Shown: positions 46,570-56,034, counted from the first letter of the stretch. The stretch: 64,000 nucleotides of DNA from an uncultured Bacilli bacterium (GCA_947628905.1 CANRBQ010000001.1:6900-70899); one strand, 5' to 3'. Made by a program: numbers and translations. Notes: a model not told the origin generated them from the sequence alone.

Positions 46570-48033
46570 TTAAGACCTCTCTTTCAATATGGTAAGTGGT
46601 GAAAATCTTTCTATACTAACCATTGATGCAATAGAACTTACTAAGACAAGTGAAAGTCCAATTCCAAGTAATTCTAGTAAAACTTTAATATCTACTACTG
46701 CATCAATAGAGTCATAAGCTTCGACAACAGGCATACCTTTACCGCGCATTTCGCCCCTATTTCCACGATCAGGCATTCCACCATTCATAGCTCCGCCAAA
46801 GTTTTTATCTATTTCTTGAGCTTTTTCATTACTACTATTTATTTCATTTTCTAGTAAAGAATTACTTACTCCTTTAGAACTTACTGCTCCAATTCCGGCC
46901 CCAAGTATAAGAGCCACGACTGAAACAATAATAAGTTCTGATACAAACTGCATGGTTAATTTAAATTTACTAATACCAATTGTTCTTAAAACCCCTATTT
47001 CGTATTTTCTTTCACGAATATTTATCATATTAATTACAAATAAGACAATTCCACCAATAATAAGGGTTAAACTCAAAAATGTGGTTGCAAATGAATTAAT
47101 ATTTTCAATGCTTGATACGCCACTTAAGGCTAATTCTTCATTAGTTTGTAAGATAAAGTTTTCATCTAAACCTTTTTCATAAAATTCATCTTGAAGTTTT
47201 TCGACATTATCATAAGAATCGATAATAAAAGTTGGATTAATTGTCGCTTTTAAATCTTCATTACTGGTAGTAATTGCGGTAACAGCATTAGCATTTGTTA
47301 TAATCGTATTAGCAGAAGCAGAAAACATGGACATTGTATTGGTACTTTCTTCTTCATTTTCTTTAAATATACCAATTATTTCAAATTCATAGGTATTGCC
47401 ATCTTCATCTTCTAACATTATTTTATCATTTAAACCTAAATCATTATAACTGGCAAGTTCCTCATTAATAAATACATAGTTGCCAAGAAAGGCTATATCC
47501 CAAGCATTATCCGTGATTTCACTCATAGTATAAGTACCATTTATAAACTCACTCATAGCATCTAGGGAACTATAACCGGTTAAAGTAAAATCAGTAGATG
47601 ATAAATTATTTCCTTTACCATGACCAAAGCCAGTTGGCATATCATTATCTGATTCAATCTCGGCTTTTTCAATATTGTTGCCATTTAAGCCAACACCATA
47701 AGTATAATAATAGCTTTCTATATACTTACTATCGGCGAAAGATTCAACATCACTAATGGTGTAACTTGCAATATTATCAAATTTTTCTCGAGCATTTTCT
47801 CTTCCTTCACTTTGGGATGGATCAAAATCTTTCATCATATTTGCTCTATCAAAACTAATGGTTACTTCTTTATCATAAGCACTTTTATAGGAATCTATTA
47901 AATCAACCGCGGTATTTTTAATTGCCAGTGTTATAGTACAAGCACAAGCGATAATCAAAATAATTATTCCTATTAAAATATTCCTTCCTTTATTTCTTTT
48001 AATTGAAATCCAAGCATTTTTTAATATAAACAT
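46570..48033 (-). CDS. FtsX/MacB-type ABC permease with large extracytoplasmic domain
   Basis: N-terminal TM, an extracellular domain of about 250 aa and a C-terminal FtsX TM bundle. A Gly/Arg/Met-rich insertion of about 70 aa lies between the last two TM helices. Confidence 0.7.
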   Translation of the reverse strand: MFILKNAWISIKRNKGRNILIGIIILIIACACTITLAIKNTAVDLIDSYKSAYDKEVTISFDRANMMKDFDPSQSEGRENAREKFDNIASYTISDVESFADSKYIESYYYTYGVGLNGNNIEKAEIESDNDMPTGFGHGKGNNLSSTDFTLTGYSSLDAMSEFINGTYTMSEITDNAWDIAFLGNYVFINEELASYNDLGLNDKIMLEDEDGNTYEFEIIGIFKENEEESTNTMSMFSASANTIITNANAVTAITTSNEDLKATINPTFIIDSYDNVEKLQDEFYEKGLDENFILQTNEELALSGVSSIENINSFATTFLSLTLIIGGIVLFVINMINIRERKYEIGVLRTIGISKFKLTMQFVSELIIVSVVALILGAGIGAVSSKGVSNSLLENEINSSNEKAQEIDKNFGGAMNGGMPDRGNRGEMRGKGMPVVEAYDSIDAVVDIKVLLELLGIGLSLVLVSSIASMVSIERFSPLTILKERS

Positions 48034-48073
48034 AATTTTCCTCCTTAAAACAATATAATTTTATTATGTAAAT

Positions 48074-48095
48074 ATTAAAGAAACATTAAAAAACT
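48074..48095 (-). promoter_or_regulatory. direct-repeat motif site 1 (upstream of ftsX-ABC)
   Basis: TATTAAAGAAACATTAAAAAAC on the plus strand, about 40 nt upstream of the RBS AAGGAGG. Confidence 0.55.
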
Positions 48096-48139
48096 ATAAT
48101 TTTTTAAGAAAAAAAGAAAATGGTGAAGTTCCATTTCCT

Positions 48140-49396
48140 TTAAGATAGAGTAATTATAATATCTTTTTCTTTATATTCACGACCACTTACATAACTAATT
48201 GTTAAGGTTACTTTATCACCTTTATTTAATTCGTTTAAAACATTTTGTAAATCACTTAGACTAGTAACTTCATTACCATCTATTTTAGTAATAATATTAC
48301 CTATTTCTAGTTCTGATTTGTCTGCGCTACTTCCAGAAGTAATTTTAGAAATGTAAAATCCTATTGGCATATTATAATAGTTACTATCATTAACTATATA
48401 GCCTTCTATACCTAATGTTACACCTTCATCATTTTCACCATTCATAAGAGTAGTAATAAGTTCATTAACATCGGAAATTGGAATAGCAAACCCCATTCCT
48501 TCTACACTGGCATTAGAAGACGTGGCACTAGAAGAATATTTAGCAGAATTTATACCAACAATTTCACCACTGCTATTTAGTAAAGCTCCTCCACTATTAC
48601 CACCATTTATGGCAGCATCTAATTGAATCATTTTATTGGTATAATTATCGATGGAAACTTCTCTATTTAAAGCACTTACTACTCCGGTAGTAACAGATTG
48701 TCCATATCCTAAAGCATTACCAATAGCAATAATACCATTACCTACTTTTAATTTATTAGAATCTCCTAAAGTTGCTATTTTGATTTCATTTAAAGTATCA
48801 CTATCAAGATCATTTAAAGATACAGATATAATAGCGATGTCTTTTCTTTCGGAAGTACCTACAATTTTAGCATCATAACTTTTTTCATTTATAAATTGAA
48901 CAGATAATTCATTAGCACCTTCAACAACATGATTATTTGTTAAAATCATAAGATTTTCATCTGATTTACTAATAATTATTCCAGAGCCGGCACCTTCAGA
49001 ATACTTTTCTTCTCCAAAAAAATTAGGGCCAAATCTTCCAGATGAAATTAAAGTCTTACTGGTAATGGCAACGATAGATGGCATTACATTTTCTACAACT
49101 TCTGATACATCTGTAATATATATACCATTGTTATCACTATTATTAGTGCTAGTTGTTTCAGTATATTTTAGTTCTATTTTCTCTTTTTCAGTATTTTCTA
49201 AATTAACTTTTAATGTTGGATAAATTATCTTAAAAAAGGAAACAGATAAAATAACAATAATTAAAACCAATAAGATTATAATAATAGACAAAATAATATT
49301 TTTATTACTTTTCGGTTTAATAGTTCTTTTATTAGTCTTTTCTTCTATGGTTATGTTTTTATTAGAAAAAGTTTCTTCTTTTATATCTTTAGACAT
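48140..49396 (-). CDS. HtrA/DegP-family serine protease (trypsin domain plus PDZ), membrane anchored
   Basis: GNSGGAL catalytic Ser motif, His/Asp upstream and a C-terminal PDZ. Start set at MSKDIK (49396) after the motif, with RBS AAAGGTGAT. Confidence 0.8.
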   Translation of the reverse strand: MSKDIKEETFSNKNITIEEKTNKRTIKPKSNKNIILSIIIILLVLIIVILSVSFFKIIYPTLKVNLENTEKEKIELKYTETTSTNNSDNNGIYITDVSEVVENVMPSIVAITSKTLISSGRFGPNFFGEEKYSEGAGSGIIISKSDENLMILTNNHVVEGANELSVQFINEKSYDAKIVGTSERKDIAIISVSLNDLDSDTLNEIKIATLGDSNKLKVGNGIIAIGNALGYGQSVTTGVVSALNREVSIDNYTNKMIQLDAAINGGNSGGALLNSSGEIVGINSAKYSSSATSSNASVEGMGFAIPISDVNELITTLMNGENDEGVTLGIEGYIVNDSNYYNMPIGFYISKITSGSSADKSELEIGNIITKIDGNEVTSLSDLQNVLNELNKGDKVTLTISYVSGREYKEKDIIITLS

Positions 49397-49436
49397 ATTT
49401 ATCACCTTTCTTATGAAATAATCATAATATATAAAT

Positions 49437-49458
49437 ATTAAAGAAACATTAAAAAACA
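49437..49458 (-). promoter_or_regulatory. direct-repeat motif site 2 (upstream of htrA)
   Basis: TATTAAAGAAACATTAAAAAAC, identical to site 1. Confidence 0.55.
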
Positions 49459-49472
49459 TTAACTTTTTTCCG

Positions 49473-50702
49473 TTAATGTTCATTTATTTTAAATTTAACT
49501 TCAAAAGTAGTATATTCATCTTTGGAGTAAGCTTTAATATTACCATGATGGGATGTGACAATATTTTTAGCAATAGCAAGACCTAACCCATAACGGCCAC
49601 TTTTACGATTATGACTTTTATCATTCCGGTAGAATCTTTCAAATATTTTTTCACATTCATCGGGTGGTATTGGATCACCTTTATTAATTACTTCTAATTT
49701 TATTTCTGATTTGTTACTTATTAGATTAACTTTAATTGTACTATTTTCTTGGCCATGACTTATCGCATTATCAATTAAAATAGATACTAATTCATCTATA
49801 CTTTCTTTATGGCAAAGAAAGCTTATTTTTTCGGCTATATTGGTTTCGATAGTTATGTTTTTTTCGTAAGCTAAACTTTCAAATGTTAAGGCTCTTTTTT
49901 CAATAATTAGCGAAATATCATTTTTACTAAAGTTCTCTTTTTTTAAATATTCAGTTTTAGATAAATCAAGTAATCTTGTTATTAAATTACTCATTCTATC
50001 AGATTCACTTTTTAAATTATTAATCCATTTTTCATTTTTTTTATTCACATCTAAAGAATCTATATTGGCCATCATAACTGCCAGTGGGGTTTTAAGTTCA
50101 TGAGAGGCATTGGCAACAAATTCTTTTTCTCTATTAAAGCTCATCTCAACAGGTTTAGTAATCCATTCTGTTATTTTTTTAGATATAATATAAATAATAA
50201 ACTCACCAATAATAACTAATAATAAAGATATTAATAGATTAGTAAGTAACATATTTCTTGTGTTAGTTATATTTACAATAGTTAAAGAATTACTTTCTTC
50301 ATAATTGTAAGCATATTTATTCCAATATAAACAACCTATTTTTATTTTATTGGTATTATTAGCAATAATATTTTTAGCTTTAGTTATAATATCATCACTA
50401 ATTGGATTATCACTATGGCTTATTTTATCAATAATATCATTATTATCATTTAAAATAAAAGTATAAACTTCATAATCCATAACTTTTCTATTTCGAAGTT
50501 CATCATCATTTATTGGTTTCATTTCTTTATTAAAAGATTCAGGTCTTTTTATAGTTAAATTTCGCATTCTTGTTAAATTATTTAATATTCCTGTATATTC
50601 TCTATGGTAGGTTTGAATATTAAAAAAGCTAGCAAAAAACATAGCAAATAAAGAGATTATAATAAAAATTGTAAAAAATGTTTTCTTCTTTAAATTTTCC
50701 AT
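49473..50702 (-). CDS. sensor histidine kinase (CssS-like)
   Basis: Two TM helices flank an extracellular loop. HisKA motif ANASHELKTPLAVM and an HATPase_c domain. Confidence 0.85.
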   Translation of the reverse strand: MENLKKKTFFTIFIIISLFAMFFASFFNIQTYHREYTGILNNLTRMRNLTIKRPESFNKEMKPINDDELRNRKVMDYEVYTFILNDNNDIIDKISHSDNPISDDIITKAKNIIANNTNKIKIGCLYWNKYAYNYEESNSLTIVNITNTRNMLLTNLLISLLLVIIGEFIIYIISKKITEWITKPVEMSFNREKEFVANASHELKTPLAVMMANIDSLDVNKKNEKWINNLKSESDRMSNLITRLLDLSKTEYLKKENFSKNDISLIIEKRALTFESLAYEKNITIETNIAEKISFLCHKESIDELVSILIDNAISHGQENSTIKVNLISNKSEIKLEVINKGDPIPPDECEKIFERFYRNDKSHNRKSGRYGLGLAIAKNIVTSHHGNIKAYSKDEYTTFEVKFKINEH

Positions 50703-50708
50703 ATCTCT

Positions 50709-51386
50709 TTATTCCTCCATTTTATAACCTAAATTACGAACTGCTTTAATATTTACTTTTGAGCCAATAATTTTGATTTTCTTTCTTAAAAAAGAAAGGT
50801 AAGCTTCTAAATTATTAGATTCATAATCATTATCAATTCCCCAAACTTTATCATAAATTTGTTCCTTTGATACAATTTGTTCTTTATTATTCATAAAATA
50901 TTCAAGTAATAGAAATTCGCGATAAGGAATATTTATTGACTCATTTGTAATTGTACAAGTTAAAATAGAAGTTCTAATATTTAATGATAGATCACTATAT
51001 TCTAAAATATCTTTAATTTTATGATTACCCTTATTTCTTAATTGGACATTTACGCGAGCAATTAATTCTTCAATATGAAAAGGTTTGGTTACATAATCGT
51101 CTGCACCATTATTAAAGCCTTTTAATTTATCTTCTAATTCTGATTTGGCAGTAAGCATAATAACTTTAGCACTTATATCATTTTCTTTTATTTCTTTTAG
51201 TATTTCTATCCCATTCATTTTAGGTAACATGATATCAAGAATTATTAAATCATATATGTTAGATAAAGCATTATATAATCCATCTTCACCATCAAAACAA
51301 GTATCAACTTCATATTTTTCATATCGCAGTTTTGTTGCAATAACATCAGCGATTGCCTCTTCATCTTCAACAACTAAAATTCGCAT
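50709..51386 (-). CDS. OmpR-family response regulator (CssR-like)
   Basis: Receiver domain MRILVVEDEE...DLIILDIMLP plus a winged-helix C-terminal domain. Confidence 0.9.
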   Translation of the reverse strand: MRILVVEDEEAIADVIATKLRYEKYEVDTCFDGEDGLYNALSNIYDLIILDIMLPKMNGIEILKEIKENDISAKVIMLTAKSELEDKLKGFNNGADDYVTKPFHIEELIARVNVQLRNKGNHKIKDILEYSDLSLNIRTSILTCTITNESINIPYREFLLLEYFMNNKEQIVSKEQIYDKVWGIDNDYESNNLEAYLSFLRKKIKIIGSKVNIKAVRNLGYKMEE

Positions 51387-51512
51387 TTTACCACCTCTTA
51401 TCTTTTATTGCCAAATAAATTAATTGTTTAATTTATTTTAAAAGTTTCTGCATTATTTATCAATACTTTTTCTCCTTTGCTTTTTTAATAATTAAAGTAT
51501 ATATTATGAAAA

Positions 51513-51532
51513 TTAAAGAAACATTAAAAACA
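51513..51532 (-). promoter_or_regulatory. direct-repeat motif site 3 (upstream of the response-regulator gene)
   Basis: ATTAAAGAAACATTAAAAAC, one A shorter than sites 1 and 2. About 127 nt upstream of the response-regulator start. Confidence 0.5.
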
Positions 51533-51635
51533 TAAGTTATAACAATATTATTTTATAATAATTATATCAAATAATAAGTAAATTTTATATATAGTTTCTA
51601 TATAAAAAAAGCTCTCTTATTAAGAGAGACATTTT

Positions 51636-53147
51636 CTAATTAAATCTTTTTCTAAATTTATAAGCTCCACCGACACCTGCAATAGCACTAATTGCTAAAA
51701 CTATATATACTCCTATATTATCAGATGTACCTGGATTTTTTATATCTTGTTCATCTACTTTTACAAATTTAGCATATACTGTCATACTTTTTGAAATTGG
51801 ATTAGTAGTATAGAATAAATTTTCATATGTATCTTCTAAATACCAACCACTAAAAGCATAACCTTCTTTAGTAACTGTTGGAATATCTTTAGGATCTAAT
51901 ACTGCTCCTGCATCAACTCCTACTGATGTACTTTTACCATCATAAACAAATGTTACATAATATCTTGATGAAGAAGTGGAATTTTTAATAAATTTAGCAT
52001 AAACAGTTTTATCGGCAGTGATACTTGAAGTAGTACCAAATAAATTTTCATAAGTTTGGTCTTCATACCAACCAACAAATGTGTAACCACTTTTAGTAGG
52101 TTTTGGAATATCAGCTTCTGCTACTGCTGTATTATTTTTAACTAAAACAACATTATGCTTTCCATATACAACAAAGTCAACATAAAATTGGTCTTCTTCT
52201 CCCGAAATTAATTTTCCTGTTATAGTAGTATTTTCTGTTTCAAATGAATTATCATTTGTGTTATTAGCATTATATACAGCTCCGTAAGAGTCATTTGTAT
52301 TGCTAAGTGTAGAATCAGATACAGTTATTTGTGCTCCACTAGCTTTATCATTAGCATCGCTTATCAATATTAAATCACTTCTAGCAGTACCATAAGTAAA
52401 ATCATTTGTTATTGTGGAATTATTAGTTATATCAATTGTAACGCCTGTTTTATTACCAATAACTATAGTTCCAAAATTGTTATTATCGCCATTTCCAATA
52501 GCGTATCCTGTAAGAGTACTATGATTAATAGTAACTTTATTGCCTGATGTTGGGTTTGAACTTGAAGTTAAATCGAGGGCAGCATATCCAGAAAGTTCAC
52601 TATCTGTAACATTTAAATTACTATTGGAACTTGGAAGCCAAACAGCATATTTAGCGTGAATTTTAGAACTAGTAATGTTTATAGTTGAGCCATTTCCTGA
52701 TGAATTATTTACAACAATACCTGTACCATTATAAATATATTCTGATGGAGTATTATTATCTCCACTATAGATAGTTGCATTAGATATAGTTACATTAGCT
52801 GGGGTATCAACTGAAATTAATTTTGGAGCTTCTCCTCTACCAGGGTCAGTTGATGTTATTGTTAAATTATTAAAAGTAACATCAGTTGCTTCAGCAGTAA
52901 TAGTAAAAGTTCCATGCACTGTTGCTCCATTACCATTAATTGTAACGTTGCTACTAATTGTATATGTAGCGGTGTTATAAGTATTTCCTGAATCTAGTTC
53001 GATGACAGAACAACTACTTAAAGCAGTAGCTAAATCACTTTCATTAGTCGGATTACAATTTGGCGCTGCATATACATTGGACATTGCTACAATACCACTT
53101 AAACCAAAAGCAGCAAGAGCACCAAGTAATAAATTTTTCTTTTTCAT
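51636..53147 (-). CDS. cell-surface protein with signal peptide, beta-helix-like region, two Listeria-Bacteroides (Flg_new) repeats and a C-terminal sorting-signal-like anchor
   Basis: Signal peptide MKKKNLLLGALAAFGLSGIVAMSNVYA. A T/N/S-rich region with NxTI periodicity. Two Flg_new repeats (GYTFVGWYEDQTYENLF...TVYAKF and GYAFSGWYLEDTYENLF...TVYAKF). C-terminus NPGTS, then a hydrophobic stretch, then KFRKRFN. Confidence 0.7.
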   Translation of the reverse strand: MKKKNLLLGALAAFGLSGIVAMSNVYAAPNCNPTNESDLATALSSCSVIELDSGNTYNTATYTISSNVTINGNGATVHGTFTITAEATDVTFNNLTITSTDPGRGEAPKLISVDTPANVTISNATIYSGDNNTPSEYIYNGTGIVVNNSSGNGSTINITSSKIHAKYAVWLPSSNSNLNVTDSELSGYAALDLTSSSNPTSGNKVTINHSTLTGYAIGNGDNNNFGTIVIGNKTGVTIDITNNSTITNDFTYGTARSDLILISDANDKASGAQITVSDSTLSNTNDSYGAVYNANNTNDNSFETENTTITGKLISGEEDQFYVDFVVYGKHNVVLVKNNTAVAEADIPKPTKSGYTFVGWYEDQTYENLFGTTSSITADKTVYAKFIKNSTSSSRYYVTFVYDGKSTSVGVDAGAVLDPKDIPTVTKEGYAFSGWYLEDTYENLFYTTNPISKSMTVYAKFVKVDEQDIKNPGTSDNIGVYIVLAISAIAGVGGAYKFRKRFN

Positions 53148-53173
53148 TTCATTATTTCTCCTTTTTCATTTAT

Positions 53174-53201
53174 ATTATATAATATACCCCCCCCGCGTCA
53201 A
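53174..53201 (-). promoter_or_regulatory. promoter TTGACG-N16-TATAAT with a G8 homopolymeric tract in the spacer (phase-variation candidate)
   Basis: Minus-strand sequence: TTGACG at 53201-53196, C, G8 at 53194-53187, TATATTA, TATAAT at 53179-53174. RBS AAAGGAG and ATG at 53147. Confidence 0.6.
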
Positions 53202-53257
53202 TTTTTATTTTTAGTATCTTGACACATTTTGTGTATATTTTAAATTAAATGTTATAT

Positions 53258-54205
53258 TTATTTTTTTAATAGTCTTAACTTATCTTTCATTAAAAAAGCA
53301 TTATTAGTATTTATTTCTAAATTTTTTAAAAAAGCAAAAACTTCTTCTTCACTTATTACATTTTTATCATGAAAGCTTTCACTAATAGCGTCTTCTAAAG
53401 AAAAACCATAACCATAGTTACATCTACCTACTATTTCTGCTTGAAATTTATCTAAATAATCTTCTGTTATAGTACTATGATCTAACTTGGGTTGAGTTTC
53501 CATTATTTCCCATTTTAAAGTGGCAAGTTTTTCTCTTAATTCATCTCTTAGTTCATCAAGGCTTTTAGGAGAATTTTTAGCAATAGAATAGTTTTTACCA
53601 ATATTAAAATAAAATTTATTACCATATTGTTCTACACCTATTGGAACTATATCTACTCCTGTTTCTTTGGCCATTCTAACTGTGCCATTAAATATTTTCA
53701 TAACTACTAAATTAGGAGTTACATTCCAAGCTCCTTCAGGATAAATTAAAAGATTACCACCTTTATTTAATAATTCTATAGCCCGATTATAAGCAATTTT
53801 TCGATCTTCTCTATCTTTAGTTTCAAGTGGTATTACTCCATTCATTTTTAAGCCTTGATAAATAGGCATTTTATATAATATTCCAGGATCTCCTAACATT
53901 AAATAGGCTGGTTCATTAATAACTTGAAAGGTTCTTTGAATATCATTTCCTCCAATATGAGTACAAGCATATATTTTAGGTTTATTAGTTTTTATATGTT
54001 CATCTTTTATTACAACTATTTTTTCTTTAGATAACAACTCATCTATTTTAAGAATTAAAGAAACTAAAAAATAGATTCTTTTTCTTAAATTAATTCCTTT
54101 TAATTCTTGTCCATTACGATAATTTTCTTTTCTTAATTCTGAGTAATATTTTACTAATTCTTCAATTGCCATATTTCTTTTTTCTATTATATTTAATTTA
54201 TTCAT
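53258..54205 (-). CDS. lysophospholipid acyltransferase (PlsC/LPLAT) family protein
   Basis: HX4D motif (CTHIGGNDIQ) and PEGAW-like motif (YPEGAWN). Confidence 0.6.
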   Translation of the reverse strand: MNKLNIIEKRNMAIEELVKYYSELRKENYRNGQELKGINLRKRIYFLVSLILKIDELLSKEKIVVIKDEHIKTNKPKIYACTHIGGNDIQRTFQVINEPAYLMLGDPGILYKMPIYQGLKMNGVIPLETKDREDRKIAYNRAIELLNKGGNLLIYPEGAWNVTPNLVVMKIFNGTVRMAKETGVDIVPIGVEQYGNKFYFNIGKNYSIAKNSPKSLDELRDELREKLATLKWEIMETQPKLDHSTITEDYLDKFQAEIVGRCNYGYGFSLEDAISESFHDKNVISEEEVFAFLKNLEINTNNAFLMKDKLRLLKK

Positions 54206-54448
54206 GTTGTTTTCTCCTAGTAATTTATTATAACAATAATTATATATATTTTAAATATTAAATTAAATATACTCATAATATTTAATTTATAAAATAATTC
54301 TAAATTCAGTATATCAAAAAAATAAAAAATTGCAATTAAAAAATGCAAGGAGAGAGCCCTGCATATATTTCCCTGCCCATACATAAAAATTTAGAGCAAT
54401 ATGAGCAAGTGTTTTGTATTTTAATTTATTTTCTAATTCCATACTTCG

Positions 54449-55999
54449 TCAAGAGACTTCGTATGGAGTATCTTTTGTTCCATCTCCCGTAAACGTTGTA
54501 TCAGCCTTCAGATTTATTACTGGGCGCACACCATACGCGCTGTTCACGCTGCTCATGTTTGTGCTGCCGAGGCCGCCACCCGTATCCACACGGAACATGC
54601 GAGCATTAGTGCCGTAGATATACGGAGACATGTTCCAATAGTACTGACCGGTATATAACCAATAGCCATAGTTTTGTTGACCACCTAAGCCTCCTGCCAT
54701 AATTACTTCATCCATGGTTATTAAGCCTACTGGTGTTGTTAACTTATTGTTTCCTTTTATTTCATTTCCTTCACTATCTGTTGTTCCTTGAGCACTAGGT
54801 CCTGTGAACAAGTCTCTCTCTTGAGCATCCTTATCTGTAGTACCTTTTGTTACATCATATCCACACTTTAATGTTGGTTCTTGGGTTGAATCATAATTTG
54901 TTCCTGCATCATGTGTCCTATGATATCCTGCATATGCTGTTTGAGTCTTATCATATCCTGCTTTTGATTCTTTTGCACCAAGATAACTTCCATGATTTTC
55001 TGGTGATAATTGTCTATCGCTACAAAATCCTGTTTCTACATCTATTTTATCCCTGAATTGTGTTTGTATTCCAGAATTTCCTTCATACCATTTATCTATT
55101 TCTTCTTTTATTGTACTATCATAATTATTCTCATGAGCTTGAGCATAACTAGTTGTTGGATTAGATTCACTACTAACACTACCTGACTCAGCAGTTCCAA
55201 ACATGTAACCTACATATTTATTATCATTATAGTAATCATTAAATGCGCTTTTTGTTGCTCCTGTACTAGTCTTTATCGCGGCATTATCTCCTGTATTACC
55301 CCATTTTCCCTCACTTGGTTTTGTTGTTCCAGCATATATTAACCTTATTGTTCCATTGCCATTTATTCTGATGATTCTCCAATACATGTTGGCAAAATGT
55401 ACCCAGTTATTATCTACTGTTCCACGGAATACATAACTCTTTCCATAGTCATCTGTTGTTTCATATACTCCTTTATCTGTAGATGTACAATTTCCACTAG
55501 TATGCCCTGAATTATTTGTATTATCATCACATGCATATTTATCTATAGTGGTTGACAAATTTCCAGCTTTTTTTAATCTTAAATTATCTAAAGTTTTTTC
55601 TGATAGTGTTTTCTTTTTACTAAAATACAAAGTACATTTATCCATTTTCTTTAAATTAGCAAATGTATGATTTCCATTTATTGTCTTTAATATTGCTCCT
55701 GTATCTTTAGTATTATCATCTATCATACATTTACTATCTTCTTCATTTATTTCATATCCTGTTGTTGGTACTTCATCTACTTCATCATAATTTCCTGTAT
55801 CATTTTCTTGATATATTTTTACTATCTTAAAATCATATGGTTGATATGATACTTTACCTTTTACTATTTGAACACTACTGGTTACTTGATATTTTGCTCT
55901 TGAACTTAAAGAAACTATAGTTGTTGTTATTGCTACTAACACAACTAAAACTAATAATACTTTTTTAGTATTATTATGCCCTAACCTATTAAATTCCAT
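54449..55999 (-). CDS. membrane-anchored secreted protein with C-terminal DUF1566/Lcl-like (C-type-lectin-fold) domain
   Basis: N-terminal signal anchor KKVLLVLVVLVAITTTIVSL. G/T/D/Y-rich ectodomain. C-terminus YWLYTGQYYWNMSPYIYGTNARMFRVDTGG...AYGVRPVINL resembles the terminal sVRCV/VRPV motif of DUF1566/Fib_succ_major lectin-like domains. ATG at 55999 (MEFNRLG) is preferred over the TTG at 56029. Confidence 0.5.
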   Translation of the reverse strand: MEFNRLGHNNTKKVLLVLVVLVAITTTIVSLSSRAKYQVTSSVQIVKGKVSYQPYDFKIVKIYQENDTGNYDEVDEVPTTGYEINEEDSKCMIDDNTKDTGAILKTINGNHTFANLKKMDKCTLYFSKKKTLSEKTLDNLRLKKAGNLSTTIDKYACDDNTNNSGHTSGNCTSTDKGVYETTDDYGKSYVFRGTVDNNWVHFANMYWRIIRINGNGTIRLIYAGTTKPSEGKWGNTGDNAAIKTSTGATKSAFNDYYNDNKYVGYMFGTAESGSVSSESNPTTSYAQAHENNYDSTIKEEIDKWYEGNSGIQTQFRDKIDVETGFCSDRQLSPENHGSYLGAKESKAGYDKTQTAYAGYHRTHDAGTNYDSTQEPTLKCGYDVTKGTTDKDAQERDLFTGPSAQGTTDSEGNEIKGNNKLTTPVGLITMDEVIMAGGLGGQQNYGYWLYTGQYYWNMSPYIYGTNARMFRVDTGGGLGSTNMSSVNSAYGVRPVINLKADTTFTGDGTKDTPYEVS

Positions 56000-56034
56000 T
56001 TTCTTTTCCTTTATTATCCTTTCTATCAATTATA

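Noticed and set aside
54414-54617. Plus-strand 67-aa ORF (MYFNLFSN...)
   Set aside because: It is an artefact of the GC-rich 3' end of the minus-strand lectin-like gene. It lies entirely within that gene.
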